IMG/VR virus record: IMGVR_UViG_3300009100_000003
Location: 1 to 56,750 of that record
DNA: 56,750 nt
Strand: one strand, 5' to 3'
Origin: a virus
The notes under the pieces were generated by a model. That model searched no databases, was not told the origin of the DNA, and was given only the letters and a program-made list of their open reading frames with translations. Position numbers and translations under genes: made by a program. Below, piece by piece: positions 16,513 through 25,005 of the stretch. Every line of letters starts with the position of its first letter. The stretch's first letter is position 1.

Positions 16513-16846
16513 CGTCGCGGGCCGGCGGGCGACGATGGGCGAGCTCCGCGCCTACGTCATCGCCCGCGATCGGTTCTGTCTCGGTCAACTGTTCGACCCG
16601 ACGCACGTCTGCCGCGACAAGTGGGGCGACCCTCACCGTCCTGACGATCGGGAGGAGCTCACGCTCGAGCACGTCCCGTCTGTTCACGGATCCGAGGACG
16701 TTCGAAGGGACGACGAGGCGCACTGCGTCGCGCTCTGCAGCAGCCTCAATGTCGGAGGCACGCCGGCGACGGTGCGGGCGTTCGCCCGTGCTCGGCTCCG
16801 AGAGAAGTACCCGGAATGTTCCGGGAGGAGGATCGGTCATGGATGA
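16505..16846 (+). CDS. Possible HNH-like endonuclease or Cys/His-rich protein. The start is GTG 16505 or ATG 16535.
   Basis: RDRFCLGQ...HVCRDKWG...LTLEHVPSVHG...HCVALCSSLN is loosely HNH-like. The function is uncertain. Confidence 0.5.
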   Translation: MASVAGRRATMGELRAYVIARDRFCLGQLFDPTHVCRDKWGDPHRPDDREELTLEHVPSVHGSEDVRRDDEAHCVALCSSLNVGGTPATVRAFARARLREKYPECSGRRIGHG

Positions 16847-17210
16847 CATCGCGGCGAAGATCGCTGCGCTGCACGATGAGCTCCGCAGCCTCGGGCGCGA
16901 AGCGGACTCGGTCTACCGGAGCCGGTCCGGTGCCGAGGCCGGGGCGGCTCTGATCGCGAGGGCGCTCCGGATCTCGGCGTCGGTGAACCTCGCCGCGCTC
17001 GAGGAGCGGTATGCAGCTGAGGGTCGGTTCCATGCCGAGCGCGAGCTCGACCGCGACGCCATTCGGACGTCAATCGGTGATGCCGGACTCGACGAGATCG
17101 CGAAGCTCGGCGGCGCAGTGAACGGGCTCTACCGAATCGCCCGACGGCTCCCGGGATGGGCCGAGGCGGAGCGCGCAGACTCCGAGCAGGCGGACGTCGC
17201 CGAGGGGTAG
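16839..17210 (+). CDS. Hypothetical helical protein (123 aa)
   Basis: ATG 16839 lies 6 nt after GGGAGGAGGATCGG. The protein is Ala/Glu/Arg-rich and looks helical. Confidence 0.6.
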   Translation: MDDIAAKIAALHDELRSLGREADSVYRSRSGAEAGAALIARALRISASVNLAALEERYAAEGRFHAERELDRDAIRTSIGDAGLDEIAKLGGAVNGLYRIARRLPGWAEAERADSEQADVAEG

Positions 17211-17338
17211 TATCCGAGGTCCGCGCCGGCCAGCGTGGACAGGGGCGGCGATCCGGCCCGAGGAATCGAAGCCTCGGTGTCCGGATCGGCCGCACTCCCG
17301 CCTTACTGGGCGACTTCGATGGGAGGTACGCAGGGCTC

Positions 17339-18277
17339 ATGACTCGACCCCGGGGTTTCTCGTCGGGTGACTTCGATCCCGCGTACGCGCTCGACGAGAA
17401 GTTCCGGACGATGGCCGCAGCTGTCGACCGGCGGACCTACCTCGCCGCCGAGGGCCTGTGGTGGGAGCTCATCTCCGCGGCATGGCGAGACGCTCAGCGC
17501 GGCGCAATCGAGAAGGTCATCCCCGACTCTCCGCCCGACCTCGTCGCCGTCCTCCGAAGCGCCCGGCTCATCGACCACCAGGGGCGGCTCCCGCGCCGCG
17601 GATTCGACCGCTGGATCGGCGCCGCACTCGCCCGTCGCCAGTCCGAAACGGACCGAAAGGCGCGACAGCGGGCCGAGCAGATTCGTGAGATTCCTGATTC
17701 GCGTGGCAACGAACGGCAACCGCCCGTTCACTTGTCCCGTGGGACACCGCCGGAGTCCCTACAGGACAGGTATAGAGGGGAATCAGATCACGTTGTACGG
17801 AGCAATGGACGAGAGAAGCACGACGTCGCGCGCGAGGGCAACGGCATCGACGTCGAGGCATGGGGAACGCTCGCCCTCGAGGTCGAGCGCCTGACCGGGA
17901 AACCCGCCGCGATCCGGGATCCGTATGGCGGTCTCGGCGTCATGGCACGGGACCTGGTCGCCGACTTCGGTCTCGACCGGACGCTCGCAGCCTTTCAGCG
18001 AGTCGCAGCCCGGGCCGACCACCCGGACGCGTCGGTCATCGTCCTCGGCGCGAATCGGCTCCTGCGTCCGCTCAAGTCGCAGCGGGATCTCGACCGAGCC
18101 GAGGAGGCCGAGCAGTCGCAGAAGCGCGCGGCGGCTGCGCGAGCACGGACCGCCGAGCTCGTCAGGGAGCGCGACGCGTGGATCGCGGACTCGACTTCCC
18201 CCCCGCGACAGGCGTACGATGGCCCGCGTCGGATCGGAGAGATCACGACACCGCAGGTACGAGGACCCCGAACGTGA
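17339..18277 (+). CDS. Putative replication-initiation / DnaD-like organiser protein. It has two domains joined by an atypical low-G+C linker.
   Basis: ATG 17339 follows GGGAGG. The N-domain is about 115 aa. The C-domain is (W)GTLALEVERLTGKPAAIRDPYGGLGVMARDLVADFGLDRTLAAFQRVA, which looks like a DnaD-type helical domain. The functional call is weak. Confidence 0.55.
   Translation: MTRPRGFSSGDFDPAYALDEKFRTMAAAVDRRTYLAAEGLWWELISAAWRDAQRGAIEKVIPDSPPDLVAVLRSARLIDHQGRLPRRGFDRWIGAALARRQSETDRKARQRAEQIREIPDSRGNERQPPVHLSRGTPPESLQDRYRGESDHVVRSNGREKHDVAREGNGIDVEAWGTLALEVERLTGKPAAIRDPYGGLGVMARDLVADFGLDRTLAAFQRVAARADHPDASVIVLGANRLLRPLKSQRDLDRAEEAEQSQKRAAAARARTAELVRERDAWIADSTSPPRQAYDGPRRIGEITTPQVRGPRT
18251..18265 (+). 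promoter_or_regulatory. Leader-motif variant CCGCAGGTACGAGGA, inside the 3' end of the upstream gene
   Basis: 8 nt upstream of GTG 18274. Confidence 0.45.
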
Positions 18278-18603
18278 CGATTGGGTCACCGACTCCGCCG
18301 ATGATCACCGACGCCGCAGCTGCGGTCGCCGCCGGGAAGTGCTACCTCTCCCGGAACCGGGCGCCAGGCATCGCGGTCGACGGGTTCCATCCCCGGGCGT
18401 GCGAGTGGTGCGCCTACCCGCTCCGCGAGCTCGCCGCGTGGCTCGCCGCGTTCAATGAGTGGGCCGGCTGGATCTCCGGCGAGGGCCGCTACACTGAGCC
18501 CGAGGTCCGGCGGTTCGCAAATCTGCCGAAGCGAGAGCAGCAGGTCCGGGCGTTCCGAGCCGCCTATGGCGCCGAAGTCAACCCGTCGGAGATGCGGCCA
18601 TGA
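18274..18603 (+). CDS. Hypothetical protein (109 aa). The alternative start is ATG 18301.
   Basis: GTGA overlap with the upstream stop. Coding-looking sequence begins at VTIGSPTPPMITDAAAAVAAGKCYL. The long track ORF 17860-18603 is Arg-rich upstream. Confidence 0.55.
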   Translation: MTIGSPTPPMITDAAAAVAAGKCYLSRNRAPGIAVDGFHPRACEWCAYPLRELAAWLAAFNEWAGWISGEGRYTEPEVRRFANLPKREQQVRAFRAAYGAEVNPSEMRP

Positions 18604-18905
18604 CGCCGCACCGAGCGCGGCTCCTCGGGACGACGGAGCCCCTCGTCGTCCTCGACGTCATCGCAGTCGCGCCGGTCGCCGGCATCATGCTCCTCACGGT
18701 CGACACGAACGGGACCTATCTCCTCCGCGAGCTCGCGGACGTCGTGTGCGCCGAGCCCGCGTTCCTCGGCCAGGTCGATCCGCCCCACGAGCACGAGCTC
18801 GGGCCGTCCGTCCCGATCATCGAAGGGTCGCGGGTCAAGGGCACCCGGCGTACCTGCGCCTGCGGCTACTTCGAGGACAGCGCGCCGCGGAGGTCCGAGC
18901 GATGA
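18600..18905 (+). CDS. Hypothetical protein (101 aa)
   Basis: ATGA overlaps at both ends. Confidence 0.55.
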   Translation: MTPHRARLLGTTEPLVVLDVIAVAPVAGIMLLTVDTNGTYLLRELADVVCAEPAFLGQVDPPHEHELGPSVPIIEGSRVKGTRRTCACGYFEDSAPRRSER

Positions 18906-19378
18906 TGCCGGCCCCGTCCATCCTCGCGATCGATCCGGGATCCCGCGAGTCCGCGTGGTTGATCCTCGCCGAGGAGACGCCGACCGCGTTCGGGATCGAT
19001 GCGAACGAGGTTCTGATCGAGCAGTTCCGGACTCGCCTCCTCTCCGCCGACGATGCGGTCATCGAATGGATGGCGCCTCGCGGGATGCCGACGAGCGCCG
19101 AGGAGTTCGAGACGCTCTACTGGGTCGGCCGGTTCGTCGAGGCGCTCTACCCGCAGGAGGTCGCCCGACTCGAGCGCGGGAAGATCAAGCTCCACCTGTG
19201 CGGGTCGCGGGCCGCGAAGGACGCGAACGTCCGAGCCACGCTCATCGATCGATTCGGGGGTATCGGCGGCAAGGCCGAGGCGGTCGGGACGGTCAAGCGG
19301 CCGGGCCCGCTGCACGGCGTCGCGAATGACGTGTGGGCCGCGCTCGCGGTCGCGGTCACCTGGTACGACCTCCGATGA
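18902..19378 (+). CDS. RuvC-like Holliday-junction resolvase
   Basis: ILAIDPGSRESAW near the N-terminus holds the first catalytic Asp. The later ...KDANVRATLIDRFGG... and HGVANDVWAALAVAV are typical of phage RuvC-like resolvases. Confidence 0.6.
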   Translation: MMPAPSILAIDPGSRESAWLILAEETPTAFGIDANEVLIEQFRTRLLSADDAVIEWMAPRGMPTSAEEFETLYWVGRFVEALYPQEVARLERGKIKLHLCGSRAAKDANVRATLIDRFGGIGGKAEAVGTVKRPGPLHGVANDVWAALAVAVTWYDLR

Positions 19379-19680
19379 TGGAGTCCCTCTGGCGCCCGAG
19401 CCTGCAGTCCCGGTACGAGGCGTGGCGCCGCACGCCTGACGGGCAGAAGATCGTCGCCGCGGTGACCGAGGCGGCGCTCGCGTTGCGCCGGCGAGGGTTC
19501 ACGCACTACGGCATCGCTGCACTGTTCGAGGCGGCGCGCTATACCTACGCACTCGCAGTCGGCCCCGACGCGGATGGCTGGCGGCTCAATAACTCGTGGC
19601 GCTCCCGGCTCGCCCGGGACCTCATGCGCGAGGCCCCCGAGCTCGACGGCATGTTCGAGACGCGGCGGCTCTGGACGTGA
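19375..19680 (+). CDS. Hypothetical protein (101 aa)
   Basis: ATGA overlap. The track extension to 19333 is unnecessary. Confidence 0.55.
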   Translation: MMESLWRPSLQSRYEAWRRTPDGQKIVAAVTEAALALRRRGFTHYGIAALFEAARYTYALAVGPDADGWRLNNSWRSRLARDLMREAPELDGMFETRRLWT

Positions 19681-19709
19681 GCGGCGGCTAACCGCCAGAG
19701 GAGGATCGA

Positions 19710-20159
19710 ATGGCAACCCGCGCCCAGGATCAACTGGCGCTCGACGAGACCGTCGTCGATGACGCTGATCTCGAGGGCATCCTCGAGCGTCGGCTCCGAG
19801 CCCACGATGACGCGTCCGAGGCGCGGCTCGTGTTCACCCGCGCCGACGAGGCGGCGAGGGCCGAGATCGCCCGGCACGGCGACGCTCTCGACTCCGGACC
19901 GATCCGCGTCGGCCGCTTCCGGATCGAACGCAAGACGACAGCGCCGCGCTCGGTGTCATTCGAGACCGAGGCGAAGGATCGGATCTCGATCGGGCTCATC
20001 GACGACGCGCCGGCGCCACGCAAGCCGACGGCGGACCAGCTGCCGCTCGACGCCGACCTGCGGCCGACTGGCGAGGTCAACACCGACGAGCTCCGCGGCA
20101 TCGCCGAGCGATCGGTCACGGACGAGCCGACGCCGATCCGCAAGCGCAAGCCCGACTGA
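19710..20159 (+). CDS. Hypothetical acidic protein (149 aa) upstream of the ATPase
   Basis: ATG 19710 lies 5 nt after GAGGAGGATCG. Confidence 0.65.
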   Translation: MATRAQDQLALDETVVDDADLEGILERRLRAHDDASEARLVFTRADEAARAEIARHGDALDSGPIRVGRFRIERKTTAPRSVSFETEAKDRISIGLIDDAPAPRKPTADQLPLDADLRPTGEVNTDELRGIAERSVTDEPTPIRKRKPD

Positions 20160-20161
20160 CG

Positions 20162-21880
20162 ATGACCCGCAACCTGAGGATCGCGGAGGGCCTGTCCCTG
20201 CCGGCCGACATCGTCACGCAGGCGATCGCGATCCTCGCCCGCAAGGGCGCCGGCAAGACATACACCGGCTCGGTCATCGCCGAGGAGGTCATCCGGGCAT
20301 CGATCCCGATCGTCATCCTCGACCCGACCGGAGCATGGTGGGGCCTGCGCTCGTCCGTGAACGGCAGCCAGGCCGGCCTGCCGGTGGTCATCTTCGGGGG
20401 CGATCACGGCGACGTGCCACTCGAGGAGTCCGCCGGCCGCGTCATCGCCGACGTCGTCGTTGAGCATCCCGGCGCGTACATCGTGGACCTGTCCGGATTC
20501 CCGTCACGCCGGGCAGAGCAGCGGTTCGCCGCCGAGTTCCTCGAGCGGCTCTACCGGGCGAAGGGCCGCGAGACCGGCCCGCTCCTGCTCATCGTGGACG
20601 AGGCTGACACGTTCGCTCCGCAGCGCCCAGGCCCGGAGCAGACGCGGACGCTCGGCGCCCTCGAGGCGATCGTGCGTCGTGGGCGGATCAAGGGTCTCGG
20701 CGACCTCCTGATCACGCAGCGCGCCGCGGTGCTCAATAAGAACGTGCTCACACAGACGGAGGTCCTCGTCGTCATGCAGACGACCGGCCCACAGGACCGC
20801 GCCGCGATCGACGCGTGGATCGAGGGCAACGGCACGCCAGCTGAGCGCGCGGAGGTCCTCGGCTCGCTGGCGTCGATGGAGCAGGGCGAGGCGTGGGTAT
20901 GGTCACCCTCGTTCCTGCGACTGCTCCGCCGCGTCCGGATCCGAGCTCGGACGACGTACGACTCGAGCCGGACTCCGACCGCCGGCGAGGCGTCTATCGC
21001 TCCCCGGGCATTCGCGAAGGTGGACCTAGTCAAGCTCGGCGCCCGGATCGAGCGGTCGATCGAGCAGGCGAAGGCGAACGATCCCGCGACCCTCCGAGCC
21101 CGGATCGCCGAGCTCGAGCGAGCAGCGAAAGCGCCGACGCCGGTCGAGGTTCGCCTCGAAGTTCCTGTCGTATCGGCGGAGGCGGTGCGATACCTCGAGG
21201 CGCTCGCATCCAACCTCGCCACCCTGCGCCCGACCATCGACGCGGCGATCGAGGCGATCGAGCGCGATGCAGCTGCCGCGCTCCTCTACGCCGCATCCGT
21301 CCGGTCCGAAGGGTTCAGCGCCCCGATCGGCGAACCGATACCGTCGGTGGCAAGTCGGCTCATAGAGACGCCACGTGCGCCGCGCCCGGCCGTTCAGCAG
21401 TCAGACGGGGCGCTCTCGGGCTACGCGGCTCGGCTCCTCTCGACGCTCGCCCGTCATCATCCGCTCAACCTGACCCGGACTGAGCTCGGGCTCCTGTCGG
21501 GATCATCCCGGCGCTCGTCATCGTTCGATGGCGCGATCGCAGAGCTCCGGCGGAAGGGCCTGATCGAGCTCGCCGACGGGCGTTACGCCGTAACGAGTGA
21601 GGGCTGGCCGATCGTCGGTGGCGTCCCGGCCACCCCGCAGACGACGGAGGAGCGGATCGCAACGTGGCGCTCGGCGCTGCCGAAGGCTGAGTCGGTGATC
21701 TTTGACGTCCTCGTCGGGGCGTACCCGCGCTCTCTGACGCGGACCGAGATCGCCGAGGCGAGCTCGTACTCGCCGACGTCATCGACGTTCGATGGCGCCA
21801 TCTCGACGCTGCGACGTGCCGGGCTAGCCGACGGCACTCCGGCCGAGGGCCTCCGGGCTGCGGAGATCCTGTTCGCGTGA
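20162..21880 (+). CDS. HerA/FtsK-like (DUF87-type) P-loop ATPase with two C-terminal winged-helix repeats
   Basis: Walker A is ILARKGAGKTYT (about 20237-20266) and Walker B is LLLIVDEAD (about 20581-20607). Also present is ...LLITQR... The C-terminus has two related ~60-aa units (LNLTRTELGLLSGSSRRSSSFDGAIAELRRKGLI and SLTRTEIAEASSYSPTSSTFDGAISTLRRAGLA). Confidence 0.8.
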   Translation: MTRNLRIAEGLSLPADIVTQAIAILARKGAGKTYTGSVIAEEVIRASIPIVILDPTGAWWGLRSSVNGSQAGLPVVIFGGDHGDVPLEESAGRVIADVVVEHPGAYIVDLSGFPSRRAEQRFAAEFLERLYRAKGRETGPLLLIVDEADTFAPQRPGPEQTRTLGALEAIVRRGRIKGLGDLLITQRAAVLNKNVLTQTEVLVVMQTTGPQDRAAIDAWIEGNGTPAERAEVLGSLASMEQGEAWVWSPSFLRLLRRVRIRARTTYDSSRTPTAGEASIAPRAFAKVDLVKLGARIERSIEQAKANDPATLRARIAELERAAKAPTPVEVRLEVPVVSAEAVRYLEALASNLATLRPTIDAAIEAIERDAAAALLYAASVRSEGFSAPIGEPIPSVASRLIETPRAPRPAVQQSDGALSGYAARLLSTLARHHPLNLTRTELGLLSGSSRRSSSFDGAIAELRRKGLIELADGRYAVTSEGWPIVGGVPATPQTTEERIATWRSALPKAESVIFDVLVGAYPRSLTRTEIAEASSYSPTSSTFDGAISTLRRAGLADGTPAEGLRAAEILFA

Positions 21881-22458
21881 GCACGGGGGTTCGGGTCCCG
21901 CACCACGAAGCCGAGCGGCTCGCTGAGGGCATCGTCGAGACCCTCCGCCCAGGCTGCGAGCGCGTCGAGGTCGCAGGATCGATCCGGCGCGGAACGCCCA
22001 CCGTCGGCGATATCGAGATCGTCGCCATCCCGAAGATCACCACGGGCCCTGATCCTTCGGTCCTGTTCGGCGATCCGATCGAGACGAACCTCCTTGACGC
22101 CATCCTCGAGGGCGAGCTCCGAGACGGCTACCTCGTGCCGTCGGAGCATCCCCGCGACGGCGAGCGGTACAAGGCGTTCACACACGCGACGACCGGACTC
22201 GGGCTGGATCTGTTCCTCGTGCGGCCGCCGGCGCAGTGGGGCGTCATCTTCACGATCCGGACCGGGCCGGCGAAGTTCTCGCAGTGGCTCGTGACCGAGG
22301 CGCGTCGGCGCGGATTCCACGTCATCGACGGTGCGCTGCATCGCGGCTCGCTCGGCTGCTCGCGGTTCTCGACGTGTGACGTCCTCGAGACGCCCGAGGA
22401 GTCGGACCTGTTCGAGGCGCTCGGGATGGCGTACCTCGTGCCAGCTGCTCGCCGATGA
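21877..22458 (+). CDS. Minimal family-X (Pol beta-like) nucleotidyltransferase / DNA polymerase (193 aa)
   Basis: VAGSIRRGTPTVGDIEIVAI is the GS...DxE/D nucleotidyltransferase motif. LGLDLFLV holds the third acidic residue. The C-terminal ESDLFEALGMAYLVPAARR matches the conserved PolX thumb end. There is no 8-kDa or PHP domain. Confidence 0.7.
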   Translation: MSTGVRVPHHEAERLAEGIVETLRPGCERVEVAGSIRRGTPTVGDIEIVAIPKITTGPDPSVLFGDPIETNLLDAILEGELRDGYLVPSEHPRDGERYKAFTHATTGLGLDLFLVRPPAQWGVIFTIRTGPAKFSQWLVTEARRRGFHVIDGALHRGSLGCSRFSTCDVLETPEESDLFEALGMAYLVPAARR

Positions 22459-22649
22459 ACGAGTCGCGCGTCCCGCCGTTCACAGCGCCGGCGCCGCCAT
22501 GCTCGCGCTGCGGCGGGATCTACGAGCTCTCGGTTCGGCTGGCGGACGGGACCGTGCTCCGCGGTCACGTGCCGGGCGGGCCGACCTGCGTGCCGCGGGC
22601 GCCGGTGTGGGACAAGCGCGCTCGTCGAGCGATGCTGGCCGGCCGGTGA
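22455..22649 (+). CDS. Hypothetical small protein (64 aa)
   Basis: ATGA and GTGA overlaps. It contains CSRCGG...C. Confidence 0.5.
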   Translation: MNESRVPPFTAPAPPCSRCGGIYELSVRLADGTVLRGHVPGGPTCVPRAPVWDKRARRAMLAGR

Positions 22650-24184
22650 CGCCGGTCTATCGGGACGAGTTCCTCGAGGTCTACGGCGGCGACGCTCGGG
22701 CTGTCCTCGCCGAGCTCGCGCCCGACTCGATCGACTGCGTCGTGACGAGTCCGCCCTACTGGGGGCTCCGCGACTACGGGCTCCCGCCGGCGGCGTGGGG
22801 CGGCGATCCCGACCACGCCCACGCGTGGGGCCCGCGAGCGCATCGCGGCGGTCCGGCCGGCCGGCAGGGCGCGAGTGGAGATCGTGCGACACGCGGCAAC
22901 GTCGAGGAGCTCGCGATGCGCGGTGCCGATGCAGGCGCCTGGTGCGAGTGCGGCGCCTGGTGCGGGCAACTGGGACTCGAGCCTCACCCCGATCAATACG
23001 TCGCCCATCTCGTCGAGGTCCTGCGAGCCGTGCGCCGCGTGCTCCGTCCGATGGGTACGTTGTGGCTCAATCTCGGCGACTCGTACGCAACGGGGGCGGG
23101 CGCCGTCGGCGCCCGCCCGGGTGGAGGCGCGCAGGGCGATCGATGGGCCGGCACGCCGGAGCTCCGACACCGCGACGCGCGCCGACGAGACCACGGGCGC
23201 CCGGCGACGAACGGCCGCGGCGAGGGCCAGCCGACGCCGGCGGGGATCGGACCGATGACGCAACCGAATCGGATGCCGATCGCCGGACTCAAGCCGAAGG
23301 ACCTCGTCGGCGCTCCGTGGGCCGTGGCGTTCGCCGCCCGCGCGGACGGCTGGTATCTCCGGTCCGACATCGTTTGGGCGAAACCGAACCCGATGCCCGA
23401 GTCGGTCGGCGATCGCCCGACGCGCTCTCACGAGTACGTGTTCCTGCTCACGAAGTCACGGCGCTATTACTACGATGCCGAGGCGATCCGAGAGGCGCGT
23501 CCGGAGTCCGAGCTTGAGCGCCAAGCACGCGGCTACCGCAACATCGACTCGGTCAAGAACGATCCCGCGGCGCGTCCGCCGGGCTCGGCGCCGCACTCAG
23601 GGATCCATCGTGCGGTTCGTGGCGAACGCGCGGCGAAGGTTCCGCAAGGATGGGATGACCGTCCGGGATCTCATGGCACGATCCACCGCGAGGGCCGGGC
23701 GACGGAGACTCGCTACTCGGACGGGCAATGGCCGCGCGGGTGGGCGTCCGGAGCGGAGCGCGGACACGATCCGCAGGTCGGGCGCTATGCGCCGCCCGAC
23801 GGGGCCGGGGCCGAGATCGTCGCAGGGCGCAACCGTCGGAGCGTGTGGACCGTCGCGACCGAGCCGTATCCCGGGGCGCACTTCGCCACGTTCCCCCGGA
23901 AGCTGATCGAGCCAATGATCCTCGCCGGCGCCCCGAAGGGCGGCATCGTGCTCGATCCGTTCGCCGGATCCGGGACGGTCGGGCTCGTCGCTCAGTCGCT
24001 CGGTCGTCGGGCGATCCTCGTGGATCTCAACCCGAGCTATGTCCGGCAGGCCCTCCGCCGCGCCGCGCGCACCTTCGGAGTCGGAGGGCGGGATCTCGAG
24101 GCGCAGTCTGACGAGGCAGGCTGGCCGGCCGGTAGCCTGTGGCATCCGGACGGGGCTACCATCGCTGCGGAGGGTCCCGAGTGA
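22646..24184 (+). CDS. N4-cytosine / N6-adenine DNA methyltransferase (beta-class, PF01555-like) with long insertions
   Basis: Motif IV is VVTSPPYWG near the N-terminus. DIVWAKPNPMPES...RSHEYVFLLTKS is in the middle. Motif I is VLDPFAGSGTVG near the C-terminus. GTG 22646 overlaps the upstream stop. Confidence 0.85.
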   Translation: MTPVYRDEFLEVYGGDARAVLAELAPDSIDCVVTSPPYWGLRDYGLPPAAWGGDPDHAHAWGPRAHRGGPAGRQGASGDRATRGNVEELAMRGADAGAWCECGAWCGQLGLEPHPDQYVAHLVEVLRAVRRVLRPMGTLWLNLGDSYATGAGAVGARPGGGAQGDRWAGTPELRHRDARRRDHGRPATNGRGEGQPTPAGIGPMTQPNRMPIAGLKPKDLVGAPWAVAFAARADGWYLRSDIVWAKPNPMPESVGDRPTRSHEYVFLLTKSRRYYYDAEAIREARPESELERQARGYRNIDSVKNDPAARPPGSAPHSGIHRAVRGERAAKVPQGWDDRPGSHGTIHREGRATETRYSDGQWPRGWASGAERGHDPQVGRYAPPDGAGAEIVAGRNRRSVWTVATEPYPGAHFATFPRKLIEPMILAGAPKGGIVLDPFAGSGTVGLVAQSLGRRAILVDLNPSYVRQALRRAARTFGVGGRDLEAQSDEAGWPAGSLWHPDGATIAAEGPE

Positions 24185-24633
24185 ACGAGATCGACCGAGC
24201 AGTCTCCGCGTTCATGGGCGCCTGGGAGCGCCGCGACTGGCCGAAGATGCTCGCCTCGCTGCAGGTCCGCCGGCGCACTCGCACCACGGCGAAGCGGCTG
24301 CACGCAATGTTCGGCGATCTCGACGTGCGACGCTGGACGATCCTCGGGGAGCCACGGGTCCGCTCGGTCGCCCGAGTGATCAAGCTCGAGGAGCGGTTCG
24401 GTATCACTCCGGAGGCGCGCGACGTCTCGGTCAACGTCTTGTATCGCTACGGGCGCTCGCTCCTGTCGCAGCGCCTCGAGCTCGTCGTCGTCCGCGAGAA
24501 CGCCGAGGGCGAACCGCCGCTCCCGAACGAGCGGGGCACGTGGGGCGTGAACGAGCTCTCCGCGCTCCGCGGGCGTCATGCGTCCGGGGGTCAGGTGGTA
24601 CGGCCGGACGAAGCGGCGGAGGCGCTCGCGTGA
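24181..24633 (+). CDS. Hypothetical protein (150 aa)
   Basis: GTGA overlaps at both ends. The composition is protein-like. Confidence 0.6.
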   Translation: MNEIDRAVSAFMGAWERRDWPKMLASLQVRRRTRTTAKRLHAMFGDLDVRRWTILGEPRVRSVARVIKLEERFGITPEARDVSVNVLYRYGRSLLSQRLELVVVRENAEGEPPLPNERGTWGVNELSALRGRHASGGQVVRPDEAAEALA

Positions 24634-24998
24634 GCCTCGATCCGGTCATCGCCCACGTCGCGAACGCGAGCCTGCAGCGGCTCGCGAAGTGGCGCGCCGT
24701 GTTCGCCGGCTGGCAACTCGGCACCCGAGCTCGTGGCGATGGAGAGTCGGAGGCGGTGCGCGACCATCGCGAGGTCACGATCCTCCTGCGCGCCGAGGTC
24801 AACGCGCTCATCCGGATCCTCGTCGAGGCGAAGGTCGTCGACCAGGACACGCTGACCCGGATCATGGGCGAGGAGGCTGAGTACCTCAGCAAGGCGTACG
24901 AGCGCCAGTTCCCGGGTGCCAAAGCGTTCGACGGCGGGATGGACTTCACGCTGCCCGAATGGGCCGACACGATGCGCCGCCTCGGGTTCCCGCCGTGA
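24630..24998 (+). CDS. Hypothetical protein (122 aa)
   Basis: GTG 24630 overlaps the upstream stop. The long upstream track ORF (from 24039) is Arg-rich shadow. Confidence 0.6.
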   Translation: MSLDPVIAHVANASLQRLAKWRAVFAGWQLGTRARGDGESEAVRDHREVTILLRAEVNALIRILVEAKVVDQDTLTRIMGEEAEYLSKAYERQFPGAKAFDGGMDFTLPEWADTMRRLGFPP

Positions 24999-25005
24999 GC
25001 ACGTC

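Noticed and set aside
20162-21880. The HerA/FtsK-like ATPase as the packaging terminase
   Set aside because: A canonical TerL with ATPase and nuclease motifs is present at 25997-27442, next to the portal. The 20162 gene sits in the early and replication region.
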